Shown piece after piece: positions 25,641 to 36,670 of a stretch of DNA of 46,879 nt. A model generated the notes under the pieces. That model was given only the letters and a program-made list of their open reading frames with translations, was not told where the DNA came from and did not search any database. How positions within the stretch are numbered: the stretch's first letter is position 1; each line of letters starts with the position of its first letter. The DNA is taken from contig NW_021834586.1 of assembly GCF_006345805.1 (NCBI RefSeq), positions 1 through 46,879 of the forward strand, read 5' to 3'. The stretch comes from Octopus sinensis. Lineage: Eukaryota. A program made the translations under genes and the position numbers.

Positions 25641-27627
25641 CAACAATGTAGTTGCTGTGTGTACATGTGTGCATGTATATGTTTGTGTGGTGTGTGTGAA
25701 TATATAGACAGGGAAAAGTGTAGAGATTTATGTGATGAAATTTCTCCCTGACTTCCAGCAGGTTACTTTGGTGCAAATCGTATTATTCTTGGAGTGTTAT
25801 CATACTGAGTTCGATTTCCATGAGAGCGTCCTGCATAACTTTTATTTTCTACTCACGTTTTGTGACTTTTGTAAAATTGTTTCACAGAAATTTCGTAAAT
25901 GGAAGATAATGTGTTATGTTTAATAATAGTTTTGAATGTATTAACACTCATTGTATCGAGTGCTTATAATTTATGTATCTGAAGAAATATGAGGAATATA
26001 CTATTAATATAGTAATAGCACGGTGTATTAAATACCGACTGTCATACAGAGGGATGTTTTTTCATGAAACACAACTTACCAAGAGTAAATCAACAGGGGC
26101 CAATCGAGCGGAATATAATTTCAATAAATATGATTTCCAGGTATTAAAACTACTTCCGGAATATTCTTTCAGTTATGTATGTGTATGTATACATGTGCAT
26201 ATATTCGTACATGTGTGTATTGTTGCTGTGTATGTACATGTGTATGTGTGCATGTTCATGTATGTTTGTGCTGTGTCTCTGCGTGTATATCTGCACGTCT
26301 GTTAAAATATCAATATGGAATGGTGCGTGTGCAGATTTAAGAGGCAAAATTTCATATCTCGTTTCTAGCTTGCTAATTTAGTATAAATAGTGCAACTCTC
26401 GAGAATGGTTCTCTCGACTGTGAATTAAATTAATATTCAAGTTGCAGGTAGAAGTTTTGTTCCTCTTATTTTTGGTTTCTATTGTGATATATCTTACATA
26501 AAAAAAATTTCAAGAATAAAAGATAAAATGGTATCTTTAATAATATTTTGTAATTAAATGAATATTAGTCATACTGAAGATATCCTAAGAAACCCTAAGC
26601 TATATATATATATATATTATATATATATATATATACATATATTCTGTATTTTGTATTGATAATACTTTTATTTCTTGGTATATATTTTCATAATTTCAAG
26701 TTAAATGACCGCAAAATAACCTTTGCTTTATAATTTTTTTATGTTTATAATGTGAGTACCAAACCAAGACCATGACTTGTTGAAATTGGCTAAGCCACGT
26801 TTATGCAATCACCTAGCATCGCCGATGCATGTGAGATGTCCTGGCAGGACTGTATGACGGAAGATCACGGTTGAAATGCTTTTGATCATACGTTTGCTTA
26901 ATCAGAGATAGTCTGAGGTGAAATGATGATAATAACAAAAATAACAACCAATAATATCTCTCTATCATTGATAACTAAAATCAAAGGTGAGAGATAATCA
27001 TCTACGCTGTTATCAATGTTCAAAGTGAAGCAACGTCTCAGAGATTCACCATCTATCTTTGCACATCGTCAAACATCCAAGAACGATCAACCCTTAACAG
27101 AACCAAAACATGCATTCTTCTCTCCAACTAACAACATGGTTTCGGGCTACTAAACTCAAAAACCATTCTGCTCACAAACCTACACCAAAATTTCCTGATA
27201 GTTTCTTCGATTATCATTCACACAAGCGAACACCGTCTTAAGTTCCATTGCAAAAAAATTCTCAACTCTAATCTTCTCTACCTACTTGGAGGTAAATTCT
27301 AGAAATGTTGCTATATTTTAATACATAATTAATACACAATCTTGATTATTGCTTTCACTACGTTTCGACTTTTACACGCTCCAGCCTACTGATTAATGTA
27401 AACAGTGTTTACATTATATGAATTCCCCGTCTCACAAACATAGAATTGTATTATCCAATCGGTACAGAGCCAACATAAGCTATCGATTGAGGTTTATAAG
27501 CCTTAAACATTCATTCTGACACTGCCTACAGACGTAACGTAATGGTTAAAGACCTTGAATAATGTAGTGCATGCACATAGGTGTTCTGAATCCAATGTCC
27601 AAGCAAGACACTAAAGTGAATCACAAA

Positions 27628-27667
27628 ACACCTGAAGAAGGTTGGGGTGTACATCCGAAACGTAGTG
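27628..27667 (+). ncRNA. Minimal type I hammerhead ribozyme motif (Penelope pLTR-type)
   Basis: cac CTGAAGA aggttggggtgtacatcc GAAAC GTA gtg: intact catalytic core, cac/gtg stem I, palindromic ACGT stem III; stem II is decayed. Confidence 0.6.
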
Positions 27668-27731
27668 AACTAAACAATTAAGATGAGGTCATCAGTCTGA
27701 CTGATATAAACAGTATACGTAATATATATTC

Positions 27732-27963
27732 TATTTCTTTACTACTCACAAGAGGCTAAACACAGAGGGGACAAACAAGGACAGACAAACGGATTAAGTC
27801 GATTACATCTACCCCAGTGCGTAACTGATACTTAATTTATCGACCCCGAAAGGATGAAAGGCAAAGTCGACTTCGGTGGAATTTGAACTCAGAACGGAAC
27901 GGCAGACGAAATACGGCTACGCATTTCGCCCGGCGTGCTATCATTTCTGCCAGCTCGCCGCCC
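27732..27963 (-). mobile_element. tRNA-derived SINE with a perfect 18 bp target-site duplication
   Basis: Same family as 4332-4935; tatacgtaatatatattc at 27714-27731 and 27964-27981. Confidence 0.92.
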
Positions 27964-28089
27964 TATACGTAATATATATTCGCCATCTCAGAAATATAGA
28001 CTTGTAACATCTAGGTTCCTTAAATTCTTGAATGGAGTACAAGGATCTATCTTTTTTTTAACCATCATTTTTATTATGAACTTATGTAA

Positions 28090-28350
28090 TTGCTAAAGAA
28101 TATTCGGTTCACGATTGAAAGATTGTGCGTTCAATTCCGGGCGCTGCGGCGTTGTATCCATGGGCAAGACACCTTATTGTTTGTTGGTCCAGTTCATTCA
28201 GCTGGTAGAAATGAGTAGCACTTGTATTTCAAAGGGCCGGCCTTGTCACACTTTGTGTCACGCTGTATTTCCCTGAAAACTACGTTAAGGGCACGCGTGT
28301 CTATGGAGTACTCAGCCACTTGCACGTTAATTTAGCGAGCACATTGTTGA
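28090..28350 (+). mobile_element. tRNA-derived SINE (family of 3553-3840)
   Basis: gttcaattcc B box, tgggcaagacacc core, ctacgttaagggcacgcgtgtctatggagtactcagccac. Confidence 0.75.
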
Positions 28351-28530
28351 TCGGAACATCCGCCGTGCCAATCCCGTAAAATATCGCAAGCTTCATAAAT
28401 AGATGATATCACACACAACATGTAGCTATATGGCTGTTCCGCGTCCCTACAAGTTATCGCGAAGCTTTATAGACAGATATCACGTACATCCTTTTGTACC
28501 ATTCTGCAGACACATCTTCCGAACTACACC

Positions 28531-28607
28531 TTGACGGAAGGGCACCTCCAGGAGTGGAGCCTGTGGCTTAATTTGACTCAACACGGAAAAACTCACCCGG
28601 TCTGGAC
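28531..28607 (+). pseudogene. 18S rRNA gene fragment, left part
   Basis: ttgacggaagggcacc.ccaggagtggagcctg.ggcttaatttgactcaacacgg.aaaactcacccgg is a conserved SSU rRNA segment. Confidence 0.92.
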
Positions 28608-29283
28608 GCGAAATTTTTTCCCACGAGAGTTCCGGACCCCAGTAACGAACTCATTTGCATACAGCCAATCAGAGCTCACCTTGAAAATCCACATACTGTG
28701 TACTGCTACAGTACAGCCAGTCAGGCATAGAATGGTGTATGTCACTCTGTGAGTACAGCCTAGCAGGTTTCACATAAGCGCCACAACCCCTAATACCACC
28801 ACCACCTTATAGATCAATTGAGTACCATCTCTGTTTGCAGCTAACATTAGGTACCTATGGCTCACATTGAGATTAGTGATACTGCATGTACGCATTGTAT
28901 TAAGCAAGGAGGGCGCAATACGACACAACGCCATATTGATTACGTTGTTCCCAGATCAACACACCAACATTTTAAATTAGGAATGTACAAATCAGTCAAA
29001 AAACTAGGAACTACACACGTTTACATTTTCTAGTAAAATACGCAAATTGGCAACACTTATGGCATCATCGGTGAGCAGCTCTCCATTCACTTTATACACT
29101 AAATTTCACATTTGTTACCTCTATTAACCCGTTTAGAACTGTTAGGTTTTGCTATGACGCACATTTTCCCCTGAACTCAACCTGAGTATTTTTGTGACTA
29201 GGTAGACACTAGATCGATAGTTGAGTTCTGATTGGTTGTATACAAATGAGTTCAAAACTAGAGTCCGGAAAAAAAAATTTGCA
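28608..29283. mobile_element. 676 bp non-autonomous TIR element inserted in the 18S fragment
   Basis: Inverted repeats 28631-28678 and 29222-29269 match at 40/48 by hand alignment; terminal aaatttttt/aaaaaattt; flanking duplication GTCTGGAC/GTCCGGAC; no ORF. Confidence 0.85.
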
Positions 29284-29525
29284 GTCCGGACACCGACAGG
29301 AGTGACAAATCGATAGCTCTTTCCCGATCCGGTGGGTAGTGGTGCATGGCCGTTCTTAGTTGGTGGAGCAATCTGTCTGGTTGATTCCGATAACGAACGA
29401 GACTCCGGCCTGCTAACTAGCGCGTCGATTAGTGCTTTTCCGGTAACGCGGCGGCGCCGAAGCCGTCGTCCGTAGCTCCGAGCGCGGCCCGGGCTTGCCG
29501 TTGCCGCCGTTCTCCTTCGATCAAC
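29284..29525 (+). pseudogene. 18S rRNA gene fragment, right part, ending in a GC-rich V7 expansion
   Basis: gtccggacaccgacagga.tgaca.a.cgatagctc...ggtgcatggccgttcttagttggtggagc...gataacgaacgagactc...gctaactag continues the left fragment. Confidence 0.9.
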
Positions 29526-29789
29526 AAGAAACGGTAATTTGAAACATGGGACTTAAAATAGCTTTGGCAAAATGTACTGTCTCTGTTCTTACCAGCAACA
29601 ACAAAGAACATAACCATCATACTCGACAACATGAACACGCAAACACACACACACACACACATAGACAGACAATAACGTTAGTAGTTACATACAGTATCTC
29701 CACCGTAGAGGAGGGTAAAGAAAGCATAATGTCTCTACAAACACACTTAGTGCATCCACAGGTGCCAAATTTGGGTAACAGAACTAAGT

Positions 29790-30240
29790 AACAATAAAAT
29801 GCATTATATCCGTCGTGGAATACACCAGTCATGTCTGTCTCCAGCACCCCTCTCCACAACAAACCACATTAATCTAGCAAGAATATAAACAAAGCATTTA
29901 ACGCCATCACAGGATGCACGCATACAACACCTACGACCCACCTGCATAATCCAACAAAGTTGCTAAAAATGAAAGTTAACATGGACATGAAAGGGACACA
30001 GTTGCTGCAGTAGGCTTCCTCCACCACCGCAAAACCCCACCGCGCAGTCCCTTTGCTTACACGCACAATTACACTTGAGACAGACACATCTATAACTAAC
30101 TCCCACCGCACTGCTGCAATACCTTCAACGAATTACCAACCTTCCCATTCGGTATAGACACACCTATGAAATCCCAGTACACTACAATGGTACTTGCCAC
30201 CACATCCCCAAGAAAATACTGCAACACCGTTCTAAGTTGA
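29790..30240 (+). mobile_element. Decayed LINE RT C-terminal fragment (I/Jockey/RTE-X-like)
   Basis: Frame AFNAITGCTHTTPTTHLHNPTKLLKMKVNMDMKGTQ resembles the post-RT 'TGC..TP..HLH' motif. Confidence 0.4.
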
Positions 30241-30414
30241 ACAAACGTAAAACACACAATCAGACAGACAAAGACAAAGAGAGGGTGGGTGAAAGAAAGC
30301 ATCATGGAAAGAAAATTGGCAGTAATGTCTATAAACATTGCGAAATGCCCAGCGCCAGAGATAGTTAGAGGCCAACAGCTTCTCTCTCATTGTAACCCAG
30401 TCTACTTTGCCTTG

Positions 30415-30895
30415 CATACACACACACACACACACACGCACACAAACACACAAACACACACATACACACAGATACATATATACATGCATACATGCATAAA
30501 TACAAACATACATACATACATACATAAATAGATACATACATACATACATGCATACATACATGCATACATGCATACATACATACATACATACATACAAACA
30601 TGCATGCATACATACATAATACATACATCCAAACATAAATACATACATACATACATACATGCATACATACATACACACATACATACATACAAACATGCAT
30701 ACATACATACAGACATACATACATGCATGCATACATACATGCATACATACATCCAAACATAAATACATACATACATACAGATATACAAACATGCACATAT
30801 ATATACATACAAACATGCATACATACATACAAACATAGATACATGCATACATACATACAAACATGCATACATACATACAAACATACATACATACA

Positions 30896-30928
<33 letters not shown>

Positions 30929-31103
30929 GCATGCATACATACATACATGCATACATACAAACATGCATACATACATACATACATACATATATACATACAT
31001 ACAAACATGCATACATACAGACATACCAGCATACATACAAACATACATACATGCAAACCTACATACATATATGCATACATGCATACATACATGCATATAT
31101 ACA
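30415..31103. repeat. Degenerate (TACA)n array at the 3' end of RTE copy 2
   Basis: Directly visible. Confidence 0.95.
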
Positions 31104-32359
31104 TTATTGTGGCTGCCGCCTCGTTATCGATTATGGCCATTGCTCGAAGCTTAACTAATACTGGTGCTGTGATCGAATGTGACTTTTTAGCCCAGCTAAA
31201 GATTTACAATGTCTTGTACAGAATTGGCAACTAAAACCTTTCCTGGTAATAGCCGGCTGTAGTTGTAACTGGGCTTCATGTACCTTTGCATGTCGTTTAA
31301 GTCCTCCTGCCGAATTACACTCTCTTCCACATGCCCGACAGATATGATTAGTATGGTGTGTTACACCACCACCAGTGGCCAGGTTGTCACTCATCTTTCT
31401 CGTTTTATGACAACGAAGATGACTCATGCGTCCAGCTTTTCTGAGGCAGGGTCTTGCACAGACGTTGCGTGTCAGAATCAAAGGAAGACCCTTCCCTTCT
31501 GGAAGTGTAACAGCGATACCCTTCCTGACATCCCTCCTTACTTTCTCATGTGCAACTCGAGATTTCTCAAACGTGGCTATCCCCTCATGCACAATCCTTC
31601 TCCACCTGCCACGATCAATAGCTATGCTTTCCCATGTGTCAGGAGAGATGCAAGCATCTCTTAAGGAAGCCTTCGGCAAGTCCTTATACCTCTTTTTTGG
31701 TTTATGTGGAGGTCGTTCTCCTTTAGCTAACTCTCCATAAAAGAGTTGTTTTGGCATCTTTGAATCCTTCGTTCTGACCAGATGACCACTCCATCTGAGC
31801 CTTTGCTTTAACACAAGAGCTTCTATACTTTCACACCGAGAGCCTTCGAGTATTTCAAGATCACTGATGTGGTCCTTCCACTTAATGCAATAGATCCGTC
31901 TGAGGCACATCTGATGGAAACGTTCTAGTTGTTTAAGGTGGTATCAATATGTGACCCACGTCTCGCAGGCATAGAGAAGAGAAGGGAGCACAAATGCCTT
32001 GTACACTTTATCTTTGTCTTTCTGCATATGTCTCGCCGACCCAGAGGCGCTTTTCTAAACTTCGAAAGCAACACTTGCTTTCTAATTCTATATGGAATTT
32101 CATCATCCACATTGCCATATCTATTAATAGTGCTTCCCAGGTAGACAAACTGATCAACTACATCAAGTCGTTTACCATTCACATAGATATTTTACACTAT
32201 ACTGCTTACCAGGGGCAGGCTGATGCATGACAACAGTTTTCTTGAGATTGACTGTCAATCCTAAGGCAGCGCAAGCATCAGAGAATGCATTCAAACTGTG
32301 TTGCATATCAATCTCTGTGTATTCTACTAGCTCACAATCATCAGCATGCAAAAGGTCTC
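31104..32359 (-). mobile_element. 5'-truncated RTE copy 2
   Basis: Aligns to 19604-20830; ORF 31155-31910 encodes the RT C-terminus and three C2H2 fingers. Confidence 0.92.
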
Positions 32360-33196
32360 ATATATACATACATACATATATACATACAGACAAACATACA
32401 TACATACATATAAACATACATACATGCATACATACAAACATGCATACATACATACAAACATGCATACATACATGCATATATACATACATACATACATATA
32501 TACATACATACATACAAACATACATACATGCATACATACATATATACATACATACATATATATATACATACATACAAACATACATACATGCATACATACA
32601 TACAAACATACATACATGTATGCATACATGCATACATACACACAAACATACATAGATACATACAAACATACAAACATACATACATACATGCATACATGCA
32701 TACATACATACATGCACACATACATACATACACACATACATACATACTTACATACATACAAACATACATACACACACATACATACATACAAACATACATA
32801 GAAACACATACATACATACATACATACATACATACATACATACATACATGCATACATACATACATACATACATACAAACATGCATACATACATACAAACG
32901 TACATACGTGTATGCATACAAACATACATACATACATACATACACACAAACATACATACATACATACATGCATGCATACATACATACATATATACATACA
33001 CGCAAACATACATACATACAAACATACATACATACATACATACATGCATGCATGCATGCATACATACATACATACATACATACATACATACATACATACA
33101 CACAAACATACATACATATATACCTACATACATACAAACATACATACATACATACAAACATACAAACATACATACATACATACAAACATACATGCA

Positions 33197-33227
<31 letters not shown>

Positions 33228-33301
33228 CATACATACATACATACATACAAATCAGCATGCATATATACATACATACATACATACATACATACATACATAC
33301 A

Positions 33302-33332
<31 letters not shown>

Positions 33333-33340
33333 CTACATAC
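32360..33340. repeat. ~1 kb degenerate (TACA)n array at the 5' flank of RTE copy 2
   Basis: Directly visible. Confidence 0.95.
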
Positions 33341-33624
33341 GTAAACAAAACGTAGTTAAAAGAAATAACTAAGAGTGGACGGTAGTATATATATGAACAA
33401 CAGAAAAATTTAGGTATAGTAAATACCCTACAACATAAATTTTTGATTTATTAAAAACGCATTATCTCTGTTTGTAAATGATGCTTAATAATTACGAAAT
33501 GGCAATGAAGATCATGTGCGGATGAGGAAGGGAGATAATCTCAAGAATTAACAATTCTCCTTCCAAATTTGAAATACCAATACGAAAAGGACAGGTTTAT
33601 CGTCTACAGATAAGGGGATAGTTA

Positions 33625-33662
33625 TGAGTACATGTTTCTGCTTCAACAGACATCATCAGCAC
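33625..33662 (-). ncRNA. Minimal hammerhead ribozyme motif, degenerate stem I
   Basis: Minus strand reads gtg CTGATGA tgtctgttgaagca GAAAC at GTA ctcat. Confidence 0.5.
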
Positions 33663-34684
33663 GACAATTGTTCTAACCTGTTTCTAGACATGTATAAAAA
33701 GAATAGAAGACATAAAGAAATAAGAAACGGAGATGGTTTTAATAAATTGACAACCTACGTTATATGTTGTCTCATGTACCTGTATCTTTCTGTGTTGTTC
33801 ATTTGCAACTGGCGTCTATGCCGTGAGTGATGTTACCTTCTATATAAGTGACGACAATACTTAAGTTTGACCCCCTCCTCGCCAATCTTTTTGTATAAAA
33901 TTAATCAACTTTGGAGCTAATGTATGTTTTTATTTCAAATTGGACTTGGACGTTTTGGACTTCTTTGATATTTTATAATCGTGACTGTACTTGCTTATGA
34001 ATCACTTCTTCAATCCTCAACACTCGAAACACCTTGATTATATAAAAATATATATATACATATATACAGTTGTGTGTACGTGCGAGTGTGTGTGTACGTG
34101 CGAGTGTGTGTGTACGTGCGAGTGTGTGTGTGTAAGTCTAAGTGTACATTTACAAACATGTTAATATGTATATGAGGAGTGGGAGAGAGAAGAAAAGGAA
34201 AGAAAAAGAGATGCTTTCAAAAACAATGACTAAATCAAAGTTGACATCTTGAATTGAAATTAAACTTCAACAGGCTGACCACATCGATGCATTATAATTG
34301 AAAAGAAGCCCCTTCTTTCTGTCTTACTCTCTTCTCTTTTTTTTCTTTTCTTCCTCTTTCTTTCTTGTTCTTCTTCCTGCTTTTCTTTCTCCCTTTCTTT
34401 AAAAAACAAAATTGACATCTTGAAATGTCATTAGCACCTGTAAAAAATGCTACAAATGAAGACCATCCTCAAATACATTTCTTTCTTTTTCTTTTTCTTT
34501 CTTTCTTTCTCCATTCTTTTCTCTTTTGTGTCCTTCTTCCGTCTTCTCTTTCTTTCTCTCCTCCCCCATTTCCTTTCCTCTTTCTCCTTTTCTATATACA
34601 CACACGTATAAATAACAAAACAAAACAAAAAACATCGTCCTTTAGATTTTTTTTTAATTCTTTATCCTTTATTTTTTACCTGAC

Positions 34685-34830
34685 TCAGTCATAAGACTAC
34701 GGCCATGCTGGGGTACCGCTTTGAATTTTAGTTGACTGAATGTACATATTTCTAAAAACCTGGTAATTATTCTATCGGTCTCTTTTGCCGAACTGCTAAG
34801 TTACGAGGACTAAACACACTAACACCGGCA
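34685..34830 (-). mobile_element. 3' fragment of the SINE family seen at 39119-39560
   Basis: ggccatgctgggg.accgc...ttattctatcggtctcttttgccgaac.gctaagttacg. Confidence 0.75.
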
Positions 34831-34912
34831 GTTTGCAATACACTCTAGGATTATGTAAAATAAATTATCTTTCCCATATCTCCTTCTCCACGTAAATTCA
34901 CGGAGATAAGAG

Positions 34913-35200
34913 TCACCGGCGTTTGTTTCCACGCTTTAAAAATGCCCAGGTACTCTCAATTTGCTGAGTGTGCATCCCATCTTTTGAGTTTATAAATCCA
35001 GCGCTATGGTTCACAGTTTTTTGTTTGAAATCATAGCCCACGATTTCTGGGAGATGATGATAAGCTCGCCACGGGTCACTGAAGATAGCGGTTGCTGGAA
35101 GAACTATGAGTCGTATGCAGCTCATGTTTACACTCTTTGTGCGCATGCACAGCATGTTTAGTTACTGTGGAAACAGCGTTCTTCGCAATCAGCTATGGAA
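34913..35200 (-). mobile_element. Merlin / IS1595 (ISXO2-like) DDE transposase fragment
   Basis: PATAIFSDPWRAYHHL...GY...TVNHSAGFINSKDGMHTQQIESTW matches the IS1595-family SD-W-AY / TVNHS / HTQ-IES-W motifs. Confidence 0.8.
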
Positions 35201-35653
35201 CACGTGGTGTTTCTTTGCCTAGTATGTTAACAGAACTCCTCAGTAATGTGTAAATTACTCGCTTCTGATTGACTAAAATACCCAAACTTATCAAATTTTA
35301 ATGGCTACTAACTTTTTAAATATGAATTTATAGGGAAAATGATATCCATTTCCATAATTAGTATACAAAATCAAATATGAAAACAACTGGAACAAGTGTA
35401 GACAAAATTGTGACGATAAACACAAAGATCCGAAATTTTCTGTAAAATGTATTTCTGAGGAGACTCTATAAGTGAAACGAAAACGCTAATAAAGAATTAT
35501 CCAAAATTCTGATTACCTCCTTTTTCCTAATATATGCACATGCACGCATACACACACACATATACATGCACACACACACAAACACACATACACACACACA
35601 CGCACACACATATATATATATAAAATATATATATAGAGAGAGAGAGAGAGAGA

Positions 35654-35692
<39 letters not shown>

Positions 35693-35764
35693 AGAGAGAT
35701 GTGGAGAGACAGAGAGAAAGCTATACATGCATACATATATATCAATATACGTACATAAATACAG

Positions 35765-36670
35765 TTGTGGAAATTAAATGCATGTCCCAAAGAAGTCGCA
35801 CGACTCTATCGCAACGTATTATCAGATGAAAGGATGAGCCTATATGAGCAGAAGACCATGCATGGATATATTACTATAAGCTCCGAGGTGATAATAACAC
35901 TGATCATCAAAGCAGTCTATCATGGTTCAATACCCAGATTACTACCTCCCATTTTGAAGGGTATGCGTTTGAACTAAATACCTGATGCACAAAAGAGATA
36001 GAGATGCAAGAAAAGCAGTAAAATGTGACAACCGATGCAGAGTTTGTGGAGTTAACACTGAAAATAGCATCCACGTCATAAGCAGTTGTCTGAAAATGTT
36101 ATCATGGTATTATCTACCGATGAAACCTGATGTTGTAGCTAGGACACTGTATAATGAAATCTGTCGGAAGGATAACCCCGAACACAAAGGAATAAGGACC
36201 CACAGTATGGTAGAAGCCGTAGTCACTCATAATAAAAGTGAGTATCGGTGGAATGTCCCAATGAAAACCTCAATAAAATGCAAAGACAATATACCTGCTA
36301 TAATGATTTGGGATAGAGAAGAGAAACTATGTACAGTTGTGGAAATTAGCTGCCCAGCGGATGTTAGCATAAAGCTGAAGATCAGTGAAAAAGAGAATAC
36401 CTACGCTGAATTATTTAGAAATTTTCAGTTACTTTATCCAGAATACAAGTTCAGGTTTATATCTGTAATTATTGGAACACTGGGATATGTAACACACTGC
36501 CTAAACCCAATATTGTGAAATTAGGCTTTTCAAAACCAGAAAGGAGGAAGCTGATTCGAAGCCATCTCTGGAACTGTAAAAATCTGTAAAACTTACTCGA
36601 AGTTTATCATTTGAATATATATGAGCTTCTCTAGATATGCAAGTATATGCATGAGAAGACATATATAAAA
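35765..36670 (+). mobile_element. 3' part of an R2-group (R4/Dong-like) LINE with a CCHC motif and restriction-like endonuclease
   Basis: CRVCGVNTENSIHVISSC; PAIMIWD...VEISCP.D...K..EK..TY.EL (decayed PD-(D/E)xK); followed by (TACA)n. Confidence 0.75.

Larger units (their letters stand above)
24073..26354. repeat. ~270 bp inverted repeat pair (24073-24345 and 26092-26354)
   Basis: aattttgtctcttaaatc...ttttaatacctggaaat...ttgaaattatattccg.tcgattggcccctgtt and its reverse complement. Confidence 0.8.

Noticed and set aside
28531-29525. Functional 18S rRNA gene or group I intron
   Set aside because: Only ~320 bp of 18S, with substitutions. The insert has a target duplication and TIRs, which introns do not have, and I saw no group I core elements.
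30232-33372. Long ORFs of the MYVCMYVC / HTYIHT / YLSI type (also at 11625, 18148-19730, 24313, 36501, 42116-42934)
   Set aside because: These are translations of stop-free (TATG)n, (TACA)n or (ATCT)n microsatellites, not genes.
34913-35200. Merlin transposase as the mobiliser of the 18S insert
   Set aside because: An 8 bp TSD would fit, but this remnant has no visible TIRs matching the insert and lies 5.6 kb away; there is no supporting link.
35760-36348. 17-mer tacagttgtggaaatta repeated at 35760 and 36332
   Set aside because: The second copy lies inside the LINE coding frame, so the pair cannot be a TSD; likely chance or a local template jump.
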